DNA of 64,000 nt from Mobula hypostoma (Eukaryota), in assembly GCF_963921235.1 (NCBI RefSeq), contig NC_086097.1, positions 163,930,001 through 163,994,000 on the forward strand, written 5' to 3'. Position numbers and translations under genes: made by a program. Below the pieces are notes generated by a model. The model did not search any database. It was not told the DNA's origin and worked only from the letters and a program-made list of their open reading frames with translations. Position 1 is the stretch's first letter, and the number at the start of each line of letters is the position of its first letter. Below, piece after piece: positions 22,432 to 35,629 of this stretch.

Positions 22432-23060
22432 CAGACATCCCACCCTGCAAAACCTCATTTCAGGGAGGTAGCACCCCCATCCCCCACAACCCCATACCCC
22501 ATATACCCCCCACCGGTCGACCTCCAAGGGTGTATGTAATACTTTGTTTAGTGATTTTGTCTAATCTGTAAACCAAGTTTGGGTACATGCAGAAAATGTG
22601 ACATTAAAATATGTATATATTATATTATCATGTTTATTCTATTACAACTTTAAGCAATCTACAGGGAGTTTGGCCTCATCATGTAGGACATCAATAGAGT
22701 AGCTCCTTAGCAGCTAGCCAGGTAGTTTAAATAACGTTAGCTATGCAAATGAACGAATGACACCTGTTAAACTCACCTCAACATGTCTTTTACATTTTAA
22801 CCCACCATGGGCAATAGAAAAGTCACTGTTGCAAACAGTGCAGTGAGCAACACTGTCATTATTCTTGAGGTCAACAGTAAAGCCCGCCCACAGAGAAAAC
22901 TGGTAGGTCTACTTAGCACGAAGAGAGACCAATCAGGATGCTCGCTATCTCTCTCAAAAAAAATCGATTTTTGGGATATTGTATATAATTTCCAGGCGTC
23001 AGGGAGCCGCTATCAATATGTGGGAGACTCCTGGAACTTCCGGGAGAGGTGGGATATCTG
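22432..23060. mobile_element. Non-autonomous TIR DNA transposon (hAT-like), 629 bp
   Basis: 13-bp TIRs CAGACATCCCACC / GGTGGGATATCTG (1 mismatch); flanks GGCTTA / GGCTTG. Confidence 0.72.
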
Positions 23061-24277
23061 GGCTTGAGAGTTCCAGAAATCAGGAACATGGTTCAATATA
23101 CAGCTGAACTGGGACCTAGAGTGCTTTTATATTTCCTGCTCCCTTTAAGCTTACCAGATTTATTTGAAAATTTATTACTCAGCTGTGTAACATGCAATGG
23201 AAGAGAAATAAATAATGTTTGAGTAATAATGGAACGACTTCCCACAGTTTAGAAAACCTGCTGGCCCTGTACTAGCAAGGACTCTCGATTATTAGAGTTT
23301 GGCAAATGTAGATAAGGGAAAAGGGTAGGCAATTTATAGAAGGATCAAGCTGAGGTAAGCAGCAGGGAAGCCTATCTCAGTGTGAAGCAGTATCTTTGGG
23401 AATGGAAAAATAAAAGAAAAACAATGAAACTAAATAGCAAGCACAAAGGTCTGTGTGTTTGTGAAGTGCAAATAGGCATTGGCAATGTAAATTATTGTTG
23501 GTTGCCATTGCTAAATAGCTGCAAAACCCTGGGCTGTAGTCACCTCTCATTTTTGGTCTAGCTGATTTCAATGGAGCACGTTAAACAGCATTTATGCTAG
23601 TTTTCATGTCTCATGTATTAGTGATGGTTTGGAAGGTAAACTGAAATGTGATTTTGGAACATGTCCCTTGGCTGATGCATGTTCTCAAAATCTTTTCTTT
23701 AACTTCAATGGAGACTGTTTCCAGCCAGGTTCTCTCAGGCTATGATATTGAAGCACAGACATGTTAGAGCAGCAGTTCACTCCACAAGAGACTGCCTACA
23801 AACCTGTTTCTAATAACCATCTGCTTGTTATTAGCTTCACTGACCGCTGGCAGTGGGGGTTTTCCTGTCTTTGCCAAAGCCACAGGTTCAATTCCACAGC
23901 ACCTGTTCTATTTGTAATTTTTTAATTCCAACAAACATCACTCCTGTAACTTCTAACTAATGATTCCAAATCCCATTCTCATCAGAAGTCTAGGAAAGTG
24001 TTGAGATGTACACTGCAGCTAGAATAACAACATTCAAAAAGGAAATGGATGTATGCTTGGAAAAGCAAACATATTGCAGGGATGTGGGGAAAGAACAGAG
24101 CAGTGGGCTGAATTAAACCATTTTTATTCAGAAACCTAGCGTAAACATGATGGGTTCATGCTCTTATAAAGACAGCTAGTATACATCTGCTTCAAACACA
24201 GGGACTCACCAGAAGGAAGAAAGAGCTAGCAAATTGTGATGTGAAACTTTGGCATGATGATGTCTGGCTCTTTATTA

Positions 24278-24690
24278 GATGTAAGAGATCCCATATTACT
24301 ATTTGGAAGAGAAGAGGAGTTATTCCTGGTGTCCTAGCCAATCATTATCTCCTTATCTGCCAGTGCAAAATGCGATTTTTAAATTATATTTGAGCCATTG
24401 TGGGAGATCATTTTCCAAATTTGCCACTGTTCTTCCTAAACAGCAATCACATTCCTAAAATACTTCACAAACAAGAAAAAATCTGCCGATGCTGCAGATC
24501 CAACACATACAAAATGATGGAGGAACTCAGCAGGCCAGGCAGCAACTATGGAAAAGGCTACAGTCAACATTTTGGGCCAAGACCCTTCAGCAGGAATGGG
24601 ATACTGAAATACTTCATTGGGTGTAAAATGCTTGGGAATATCAGCAAAGGCACATAAAAGTTACTTAGTAAATCCAAGTCCTTCATTTCT
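24278..24690 (+). mobile_element. Deu-domain SINE remnant interrupted by a Penelope-type fragment (24468-24606)
   Basis: gatgtaagagatcccat..ctatttggaagagaagaggagtt..ctggtgtcctagccaat resembles the Deu core. The insert is flanked by AAATACTTCA at 24458-24467 and 24607-24616. Confidence 0.6.
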
Positions 24691-25499
24691 ACTGCCCTGA
24701 TCTCTGATCAGGTTCCAGAAGCAGATCCAAGTAAGATTTGTTGTCTAGAGTCACAAGGTAGAGGAACTTCACAACAGCAGCCTCTTGTAAATGGCAGAAC
24801 ATCCTAAAATAGTTTATCAAGAGGCTTGTAGGAGGTGAAGTGGTGATCAAGTGGCACTTGATAGTTGGTACAGACACAATGGGCCGAAGGGCATGTTTCT
24901 GCACTGTATGACTCTATGGCTCATCTAACAGGGAATGATGAAAATGACCATATTATTCGGAGATCCGTCAACGTATATTTTAAAGTTATTGGTACACTTG
25001 TGCCGAGCTTAGTATGCAAGTTACATTCTCAGGAGCCAAGAAAAAATGGAATCAGCATGAGAAGGCGTCATTACTGTACGACATATTAAAGGATGCTTCA
25101 CTGAAGCTGCTATTGTGCGGATGTTGTTTGTCCGCAGCCAAAGCCCGCAATCAGTGAGTCAGTCAGGCTGAGGCTGTGAGCCCCCTACTGAGACGTGGAG
25201 ATTGCTGCCTGCAGTCTCCACATCCTCAGGAGTCACAGAAAGCCTCTAGAGTGCGTCTAGGTGTAATTCATTGCTGGATCTGTGCTAAATCAATGGCACA
25301 GCCACACTGTCGGTGAAGCATCCCTAGATATGCCATGCTATAATGACCCCTTTTAGTGTCGATCCCATTTTCACTTGGCTCCTGGAAATGGACGTAACTT
25401 GCATACTAAGCAAGGAACAGTGCACCAATGACTTTAATGTATACCCTTTTGTTTTTGACCTCCTGCAAAGGGATACAGGTCCTTGCTAATTACTGTATC

Positions 25500-26500
25500 T
25501 GAGCCCTTCACAGCTTTATAATAAGTCTCTTCTCAGTTCTTTTGTTCAATGAAACAACATGTATTTATCCATTATTTATTCACAGGTACAATTATCCTGT
25601 CCAGTGTGATGACCAGAACTATACACAGCATTTGAACTGTGGATTAATGTTATATTCTGCTGGCACTTACATTCTAGCTGTTGGCTAATAATGGGAAGCA
25701 TTCTAGTTGGCTGTAAGCATTGAGCTGGTCTGCTGCCTTCAAGGACAGAGTCTCATCATCTCTTTATTGACATTATTCAATACCCTCCCATTTATTGTAT
25801 ATGCACTTGCTGTGAGTACTTTCTTATAAGCATTCCCACATATTTCTCTGATTTAAATCCCATTTTACACTTTTCTCCCTATTGACTTTCCAGCACTCTA
25901 CAACTTTCCTCCTCTCTGTCAAACACACAGCCAGTTTTTGCATCATTTGCAATCGTACCTATTGTGGCTACTATATTTAGGTCTAAATTGTTGATATATG
26001 TTATAGAAATAAGAGACCGAGTGCCCAGCCAAGTGGAACTCATTGGTAATAGTCTTCCAGTCAACACAGTACTGTCAAAGATTATTCTTTGTTTCCTGCT
26101 TCCCAGCTAATTTTGGATCCAATTTGCTGCTTTCCTCTGCCAAGAGCTTTACTAACAATCTATTAGATCACATCAGAGATTCTGACCTCATCAACCTCCT
26201 TGCTCCCTTCTCAAAAATTCAGTCAAGTTAGTTAGAGACAATTTGTGCCAACTGTCACGTTTTCCCTTTGAATGAACTCAACTAATTTCCAAAGTTATCA
26301 GCAATTAGTTCATTTATCCCTGCCTCCAATTTTAAACAACAGTATAATGTTAGCAATTCTCCAATCCTCTGGCACCATAGCTACAGTCAGTGAACACTGA
26401 AAAATTATAGTGAGAGAATTTACTATTTCATCCATTGTTTCTTTCAACAACCTGGGATATACTTCATCAGGGTCTGATGATCTATCCATTTTCAAAGATG
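25500..26500 (-). mobile_element. Highly decayed CR1-type LINE
   Basis: Peptides PDEVYPRLLKE..IIFQCSL..VPEDWRIANI and YINNLDLNIVATIGTIANDAK. Confidence 0.65.
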
Positions 26501-27709
26501 TAAAAACCTATAAATACTCTTTTGCAGTGTTTTTTTTGCATCCAATATACTGCAATCATCAGCCTGAACATCAGCATCAATGTACCTCCCTCTTCTGTGA
26601 AGGCAGTTTCAGAATATTCATTAACATTTCCAATCTTTTATCTTTTAGTCCCTTGATCAGCTCTAATTTTTCCATAAGTTATCGATTGCACCTTATATGC
26701 TTACAAAATGTATTTTGATTTTTATTGATTTAATTTGCATTTCCACACTTTCCCAATTTCCCTGTTAACTTCACTTCTATGTATTCCACATGCTCCTGGG
26801 TTCCACATCAAAATACCAGGGGACCCAAATCTGTGCGGATGGGGGAGGATGAGGTGATCGGGGTTCTCTCTGGAGCCCTGGTTAGCTGCACACATTACAG
26901 TGTCTTAACCATCCATAAATTCAGGGTCCAATAGATGTTCGCTGCCAGAAACTTGCTGGCGAGGGCCTGTGTTCATATTGGTTTATTGCCGTATGTACTG
27001 AGATGCCGTGACAAACTTTTGTTTGTGTGCCATCCATGTAGACCATGTCATACATAAGTACATCGAGGTAGAAACAGAATGCAAAATGTACTATTGCAGT
27101 AACAGAGAAAATGTAGCGCAGGTAAATAATGTAAAGTGGCAGGGTCACGACTAGGGAGGTTGGGGGATCAAGAATTTGGCTTTAGAGCTGGTGAGAAGAC
27201 TTTAAACTAGGTTGGCAGAGGAATGGAAACCGGAGTGATGAGGCTGACGATGGCCCGGCTGGTAGAGAAGTTGATGCAGTGTGTATTGAGACTGTGGATG
27301 GATGAGCAGATGACAAGGAGATTTCGAGTCATTGGGATGACGTGAAGTGAACATGGGGCAAAATCGAAAAGGGTGATGAATACTGGACTGAAAGTGTTAT
27401 GTTTGAATGCATGCAGTTTACAAAGTAAGGTAGATAATCTAGTAGTGCAGTTAGAGATTGGTAAGTACAACGTTGTGGGCATCACTGAGATGTGGCTGAA
27501 AGAAGATATATTAGGGAGCTTAACATCTAAGGATACACATTGCATTGAAAGGACAGGCAGGTAGGCAGAGGAGATGTGATGGCTCTGTTGGTAAAAAAAA
27601 ATTAAATCAAATCCTTAGAAAGAGGTAACATAGGATCAGAAGTTGTAGCATCCTTGTGATTAGAATTAAGAAACAAGAAGGGTGAAAAGACCCTGAAGGA
27701 AGTTACATA

Positions 27710-28190
27710 CAGTACTGTGCAAAAGTCTGAGGCACATATATATATAGTGAGGTTGCCTAAGATTTTTGCACAGTACTGCACAATGTGGAGCAGTGAATGA
27801 GTTTGTAAATCTGGCGGGAGCGAAGGATATTGGAAAGGTGAGGGTTGAGTGCCGTAGGAGGGGTGTGGAACAGGTGACAAGGAAGGAATGCCAGAGGTGG
27901 GGGTTGCAAGGGTGCAGTCACACCCAGCCCTGAGGTACCAGACAAAATCATTTGATTCTTGACAATTGCTTTATTGATCATTACATAATGTCTCTCTGGT
28001 ACTTCCTGCTCCCTCCACACTCCCTTCCGCATTTCCCAACCATGTTTCCCCTCCCACTATCTCTTTCCCACTCTCAGTCCACAAAAGAGACTCATATCAG
28101 AATCAGATTTATCATCACTCGCATATGTCATGGTTTGGTTTTTGTTTGTAACAGCAGTAAAGTGCAAAAGTCTTAGGCACCGTAGCTATA
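27710..28190. mobile_element. Tc1/mariner-type non-autonomous element with a hairpin terminus; right end truncated
   Basis: TA|CAGTACTGTGCAAAAGTCTGAGGCA..TGCCTAAGATTTTTGCACAGTACTG forms a hairpin at 27710-27778; a third TIR copy lies at 28155-28180. Confidence 0.65.
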
Positions 28191-28194
28191 TAGA

Positions 28195-29012
28195 TCACAT
28201 CAGAGTGAGGGTAACAAGAGGGCATACAGGAGTGAGATATGCCAACTAGTGGAGTGGTGTCGCAGCAACAACCTGGCACTCAATGTCAGTAAGACGAAAG
28301 AGCTGATTGTGGACTTAAGGAAAGGTAAGATGAAGGAACACATACCAATCCTCATAGACGGATCAGAAGTGGAGAGAGTGAGCAGTTTCAAGTTCCTGGG
28401 TGTCAAGATCTCTGAAGATCTAACCTGGTCCCAACATATTGATTTGGTATGTCAACAAATACACACAAAAACTTCTATAGGTATACCATGGAGAGCATTC
28501 TGACAGGCTGCATCACTGTCTGGTATGGGGGAGTGGTGGGGGTTACTGCACAGGACTGAAAGAAGCTGCAGAGGGTTGTAAATTTGTAAATTTAGTCGGC
28601 TCCATCTTGAGCACTAGCCTACAAAGTACCCAGGACATCTTCAAGGTGCGATGTCTCAGAAAGGCAGCGTCCATTATTAAGTACCTCCACACCCAGGGCA
28701 TGCCCTTTTCTCACTGTTACCATCAAGTGGGAGTACAGAAGCCTGAAGGTACACACTCAGCGATTCAGGAACAGCTTCTTCCCCTCTGCCATCCGATTCC
28801 TAAATAGACATTGAATCGTTGGACACTACCTCACTTCTATATTATTTCTGTTTTTTGTACGATTTTTAATCTATTCAATATGCATATACTATAATTGATT
28901 TACTTATTATTACTATTTTTTTTCTATATTATGTATTGCATTGAACTGCTGCTGCTAAGTTAACAAATTTCACGACTCGCGCTGGTGATAATAAACCTGA
29001 TTCTGATTCTGA
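28195..29012 (+). mobile_element. Rex1/Babar-type LINE, 3' part
   Basis: WCRSNNLALNVSKTKELIVD..VERVSSFKFLGVKISEDLTWSQHI; (ATTCTG)n tail. Confidence 0.88.
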
Positions 29013-32000
29013 TTTATAATATAGCAAAAATTAGTGGGATTTTAGAAGATTGGGAAGCTTTTTAAAATTAACAGAAGGCAACTCAAATACCATAAGGAGA
29101 GAAAACATGAAATATGAAGGTAAGCTAGCCAAAGATATCAAAGAAGATATCAAAATTTTTTCAGATATATAAAAAGTAAACAAGAGGTGAGAATGGATAT
29201 TGGATCACTGGAAAATGACACTGGAGAGGTTGTAATGGGAGAGGAACAAATGGCAGACGAACCTAATAAGTACTTTGCTTCAGTCTTCACTATGGAAGAC
29301 ATCAGCAGTATGCCAGAAATTCTGGAGTGTCAGGGGGCAGAAGTGAGTGTAGTTGCTAATACTAAGGTGAAGGCACTTCCGAGGCTGAAAGTTCTGAAGT
29401 TAGGTAAGTCACCTGGACAAGACAGACTACACCCTAGGGTTCTGAAGGAGGCAGCTGAAGAGATTGTGGAGGCATTATTAATGATTTTTCAAGAATCAAT
29501 AAGTTTTGGCATGGTTCAGGAGAATTGGAAAATTAAAAATGTCACTCCACTCTGAGAAAGAAAGGAGGCAGAAGAAAGGAAATTATACGCCAGTTAGCCT
29601 GGCATCAAGAGTAGGTAAGATGTTGGAATCCGTTATTAAGGATTAAGTTTTGGGGTACTTGATGACACATGATAAAGTAGGCCAAGGTCAGCATGGTTTC
29701 CTGAAGGGGAAATCTTGTGTGACAAATCTGTTGGAATTCATTGACAAAATAACAGGCAGGATAGATAAAGGAGAGTCAAAGGATGTTGTTTGTTTGGATA
29801 TCCAGGAGGCCTGAAGCCACCATGAGGCTGCTTAACAAGAGCCCAAGGTATTACAGGAAAGATATGAGCATGGATAGAAGATTGGCTGATTGGCAGGAGG
29901 CATAATTTCAGAATAAAGCGGTCTATTCTGGTTGGCTGCCAGTGGCTAGTGGTGCTCCACAGGATTGGTATTGGAACTATTTATTTTCACATTATATGTC
30001 AGTGATTTGAATGACGGAATTGATGGATTTGTGACCATGTTTGCAAACGATAAAAATATAGATGGAGCTGAGGAAGCAGGGAGTCTGCAGAAGGACGGAC
30101 AGGTTGGGAGAATGGGCAAAGGTATGGCAGAAGGAATATAGTTTAGGGGAAGTGTGGGATCAAGGACTGTACTAGGGAAGAAGTTAAGGCACAGATACTT
30201 CCTAAATGGGGAGAAGATTCAAAAATCAGAGGTGCAAAAGGACTTAGAAGTCCTTGTACAGGATTCCTTAAATATTAGCTTTCAGGTTGAGTCAGTGGTA
30301 AGAAAGACAAATGTAATGTTAGCATTCATTTTGAGAGGACTAGAATATAAGAGTAAGAATATGATGTTGAGGCTTTATAAGACAGTGGCCAGACCCTGCT
30401 TGGAGTATTGTGAGCAGTTTTGGGCCCGTTATCTAGGAAAAGGTATGCAGACATTGAAGTAGGACTAGAGGAGGTTGACATGATTGATTTTGGGAATTAA
30501 AGGCTTACCATATGAGGAGTGTTTGATGGCCCTAGGCCCTAGTTTAGAAGAATGAGGGGAGATCTCATTGAAACCTATTGAATACTGAAAGACCTAGATA
30601 GAGTGGATGTGAAAAGGATGTTTCATATAGTGGGTGAGTCTAGGATCAGAGGGCACAGCCTCAGAATGGAGGGAACAGAGATGAGGAGGAATTTCTTTAG
30701 CTAGAGAGTTACGAAACTGTGGAATTCTTTGCCACAGTTGGATGTGGAGGCCAAGTCATTAGGTATATTTAAAGTGAAGGTTGATGGATTCTTGGTTAGA
30801 CAGGGCATCGAAGGTTACAAGGAGAGGGCAGGAGAGTGGGCTTGAGAGAGATAATAAATCAGCCATGATGGAATGGTGGAGCAGAATTGATAGACAAAAT
30901 GGCATTATTCTGCTCCTGTCTTATTGTCTTATGGTCTTTAGCACAAAGCTGTACTTGGGACTAGCAGTGCATGTCTTCAAGTTTTTATATCTTCTGCTTG
31001 ATGGAAAAAAGAAGAGAAAGTTCTTCTTTTTCCCATCAAGCAGAAGAAATAGGACAGGGTTGTGTTGGCTGCGTTGCTGAGGCAGTGGGATATGTAGAGA
31101 AAGTCAACTGGATAGAGGCTGGTTTGCATTTTGTCTGGGCTGCGTTTACAACTTTGCACTTTCTTGTGGTCATGGGCAGAACATTTGCCACTCCAAACTG
31201 TGAAACTGTATATCCATATAGGATGCTTTCAATGGTGCACATGTCTGTTGGGTTCATCTTTGCCTAATGGCTGGAAAGTCTGATGGATCTTCATTGCTGG
31301 CTGCATGCAGCAAGTCTCACAGCATTTGCAGAAACAGAGCTAGCTTGTCAAGATGACCGTCTGTTAATAGTCTTTGACTTGAAACAAGAATTCTCTTTCC
31401 CTTTCCACGGATGCTGTCTGGCTGAATGCTACCTGCATTTTCTGTTTTTATATCAAACAACTCCCCCCCCCCCACCCATTAAAACATCTGACTCTGGACC
31501 TCTTCAAAGAAGAATAATCTGAAAATAAACCCTGCCTGATGTTTTCCTGCATGTATGCAAATAGTTATACTTACAAAGTAGAGCATTTCCAGTCTGAAGG
31601 TAAATTTTTGTTGCCTTACTCATTTCCTTAATCCTATGGCACCTTGTTTTGTGCATCACAGCCTCTTTTCCAATAGATTGCCTTAGAATCCCTGACATGT
31701 GGCCTTGAAATGACAATCTGGGTCCCTCTGCTATCCAATTCCTGGTAGGCTATTTACTGGTGCGTGCTGGATACGCCAGAGAATTAATAGCAAATTTATC
31801 CTCTTTAAGGGGCTGACTGAATGCTGAGTATTTCCAGTATTCTCCGTTTTCTTTCAAAGCAGCAAATCATTTTTATGGAAGTCAATTTAGATTAACTTCT
31901 GTCAACAAGCACATTCTGCATCTCACTGAGTCAGCCTTTTCTAGTACTCAGTTAATATTATGCCACTGCTATTAGTAGATGTTTTGACAACTTTGCGTGG

Positions 32001-34365
32001 TGTGAAAGTGATAGATATTAGAGCCATTTTCAATTTTTTCTTGTCATCACTTTTGCCAATATATTTTCCCCTGTGGAATTGCCAGTCTTCTGATAATACA
32101 CTGTACCTTCCATTAAATACTTAAGGAATTTGGTTCACTTTCAAAGATTGCATAAATAAAGGTTTGAGACTCATCCGAACAAAAGCTCTTTACAGTGAAG
32201 TAATCAAAATCAATGTTTTCAGAGATAGAACAACAAGCATGATCATAATAGTGAAGGTTTGTGGGATCAAATTACTCATTTCTATTTCAGTTTCATCTGT
32301 TCTTATGTTGTCTTTGTGCTCTTAGCACATTACTTTTGCCTTGAAGTCACATAAATGACCATCTAATTATGATCACTTGCAGTATTGCCCCTTTCCTGGA
32401 TGCTGTACAACATGTGTAGATTAATAGAGTAATACAGCATCAAAACAGATTCTTTGGCCTAATGTATCCACGTCAACCAAGGTGCTTACCTAAGCTGGGA
32501 ACTTATCCATGTTTGGCCTGTACTCATCTAAACATTTCCAATTCATACACTTATCCATATTAAATGCCGTTATTGTACCTCAACTATTTTCTCTGGGCTT
32601 CCTCCACATGAACTGTCTCCAAATAATCCCACTACTTGCCAGCTGGACAATATACTCTATCTTGTGCATTGAAGACCTCCAAGCAATGATTCCAAGTGAA
32701 AGTCACGTGGGTTACTATTCACCTCCTCTCTTTCCATTACCCATAAGAGTGCTAAAAAAAAGTTTTTTTTTGCTAAGTCCATTATACTTAAGATATTTTC
32801 TACAAACAACATTTGTCTTCTGTTATAAGCTTCTTATGGCAGAGAATAAAGCTGTTCAACCCATTAAACATGGAGAATGTTTCAATATTGTCTGTCCAAT
32901 TACTTATTTACAATTCCCTGTTCTCTTCCATCATAGCCCTGCATTTTTATCGTCAATTCAAGTATCTATCCAATTCCCATTTAAAAGTTGCCGTGAAATT
33001 GATTTATTCAGGCAGGGCATTCCAGTTCACAACAGCTCACGATGTGAAATATATTACCTCTTGTCACCTTAAGCTCTTTTGCCAATCAATTTAAAACAGT
33101 GTCCTCTGACTATTAGCCCTTCCAATGGTGGAATGTGTCTCCTTATTTACTTGTGCTTTGTAATTTTGAGCGTCTGTATCAAAACTACTTTTGTCATCTC
33201 TGTTCCGTGGAAAAAAGCGCTCATCCGCTCTGCATCCGTTATTCATGGTAACATTCTTGTCAAACGCTTTTGCATCCTCCATAAGGCTTGACCCAAATCC
33301 TGAAGTGTGATGCTTAAAATTGTGCACCCTGCTCGGATGTGTTTCATCATAACTTTCTTGCATTTTTAATCCAGTGTCTCCATTAATAAAATTTAGGATG
33401 TTTTATAGAGTTTTACAGCAAAGATAGTGATTTTTTGGATACCTTTGGTTAAATTTACTGGAACACCATAATCTTGCAATTTTGGCCTTCTATCTTCAAA
33501 GATCTGTTACATTCACTACCTAATGTCTCTGTATACATTCCGAACCAAGTCTCCTTCTATGTACTACCAGGTTTCTATGTTCTGGCATCCTTTTTAAGGT
33601 TGCACCATTTAGCTGATATTAATGCCACTCATGCTTCCTATCAATATTAATTACTGCATGCCTGCTCCTTCCTTTCTGAAGTCTATTACCACTCTTACAG
33701 TTATTTATTTCCAAGCTGTGCCTTCTGAAAACTTATGCTCTGAAATATTTTTATCTCCGTTTTGAATATCCTTGCTGCTGTTTCTTCCCAAAACATCTTT
33801 GCATGCATTTTGCAAATGTCCCTCTCATCGGAGGGGCTAATTCTTTGCTACATCTTAAATTGGCATTTAAAAGGCCAATCCACAATAGGGCCATACACAG
33901 CAAAAAGAAGATGCAATGCAAAGATTCGTGTACCTATTTCCTCCAAGTCTGAAAGTAGAAAATACTTTTCATAAAGGAGGTTAATCCTTAAAATTATACT
34001 TATTCTGTTCCCCAAGATTCTAGATATACAACTTCCCTGAAGAAAGCATTAATTTGCCCCACTAATGTAGAACGTGACTGCTGTCTTCATCATTCAGAGT
34101 TATCCAGCAAATGAGCAAGGTTTATGCCCCCTTTTTGTGTCATTTTGCTTCTTGAGTTCCACACCCCTCTCTGCTGCTAAACACCATGTAGATGTTAAGG
34201 TCAAGGAATTCAGCTTTGTAGGTTGAGCTGTCAGTAACAATGAGTGAAGGCTACAAACCATTATCTGCCATCATTAGGGACCTGAAACTGCTATGTTCCT
34301 GTCAAGTAGATAGAGAAAATCTATTATTCTCTCCACTGACGTTTTTTTTTATGTCTGTCTATTAG

Positions 34366-34475
34366 TGCCTGGTGCAATCCCAAAAGTCTCAGTGCAAGGA
34401 AGAACCTTTGAGGAGAAGATATATCTACAATGGAAAGAGCCGATTGAAACATTTGGCATCATCACACTTTATGAG
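34366..34475 (+). CDS. PTPRM: Next coding exon (110 nt) of the same PTPRM-like gene
   Basis: T-rich tract and attag| acceptor. G from the previous exon + TG gives Val, then [36 protein letters not shown] (PTPRM as recalled: [36 protein letters not shown]). Donor GAG|GTAGA, phase 0. Phases are compatible with the upstream exon. Confidence 0.9.
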
Positions 34476-35629
34476 GTAGAACAATATTTGATTTTTTGGT
34501 TGCACAGTTTTGCAGCGTACAATGCTATATCTCACACAAAATGGGGAGGTAGTGGGCTTCAATGGAGTTACAATCAAATGGATACTGATATTAAAGACTT
34601 GAGTTTACTTTCTAACAAGCACTGGGGACAATTTGTCACATGGGACCAAAATTCAACTTAATTTGGTGCCTTCACTGAAAAAGGGTGGAAATTGAAAGGA
34701 TAAATAACTCATCCATAATTATAGTCTGGTATCTTTGTTTGCTCCAGGGACATGATTGTTTAGTAAGATTACTTTTTGCACCGGTCTTCATAATATTGAA
34801 AAATACTTCATCTGTGTGCACTTCCTTCCATTCTCTCTTTACATTTGCAGTGTAAAGTCACCTTGATGAACCGAATGTAGTTGTGCTCAGATCAGCTGTT
34901 AGACACTGCAGTGATGGGAGGCTGGAACTGACACATATCAGAAATATCCATTTGAATTGTACAATTTATATCAGGAACATAAACAAGAAAAGCAGCTTTA
35001 ATTTGAACATGTGGGACTAAATGACACATGAATGTCTTGGAACTGTTATCCTGACCTTTTTACTTTGACTCAACTAAAATCTGCAATTGGTCACAGGGGC
35101 TAAGTATCTGAAGCTCAGTGGATTGGAGGCTATAGTGAACTGGCACCTAAGAGGAGTTCAGCTTGGGGCTACTAGCTATGTTCATATTGAATGGTGAGAC
35201 TGGAATGAGGAAAATTTAACCTACTATTCCTATTTTGTTCTGTTTTTAGGCTCTTAATATTTAATTGTTTTTATATTATTCGTCCATGTAATTCATTCTA
35301 TATAATTCCTAAGAAGGGAGGGAGGCAGAAGATAGGAAATCATAGCCCAGTTAGCCTGACTTCAGTGTTTGGGAAGATGTTGGAGTCTGTTATATGAATG
35401 AGCTTTTGGAGTTCTTGGAAGCACATGATAAAATAGGCCGTAGTCAGCATGGTTTCCTGAAATCTTGCCTGACAAATCTGCTGGAATTCCTCGAGGAAAC
35501 AACAGGCAAGATAGACAAAGAAGAGTCAGTGGGTGTTGTTTACTTGGATTTACAAAGGGCCTTTGTCAAGGTGCCATACATGAGGCTGCTTAACAAGCTA
35601 AGAGCCCATGATATTACAGGAAAGATACT

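Larger units (their letters stand above)
18365..23088 (-). mobile_element. Decayed sushi-like (chromovirus-type) Gypsy element with one LTR; 3' part missing
   Basis: pol remnants [42 protein letters not shown] and FIYLDNILIFS; integrase VVDWFSK..IVSDRCPQFISRFW..LSSGYHPQT. An LTR-like segment begins TGTCAGG at 22098 and is interrupted by a TIR element. Confidence 0.82.
27170..30935 (+). mobile_element. Decayed CR1-type LINE (EN start to 3' end) with nested insertions and an internal deletion
   Basis: EN motifs LKVLCLNACSL..VVGITEMWL; RT region KSPGQDRLHPRVLKE and RPCLEYCEQFW; tail tcttatggtctt near 30930. Confidence 0.85.

Noticed and set aside
22434..22530. Polypurine tract upstream of the sushi LTR, implying a tandem or permuted LTR element
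   Set aside because: This sequence is the left end of the TIR element 22432-23060, whose matching TIR lies at 23048-23060.
32509..33072. 187-aa ORF as a novel gene
   Set aside because: No recognisable domain or splice context; it overlaps decayed antisense CR1-like sequence and AT-rich DNA.
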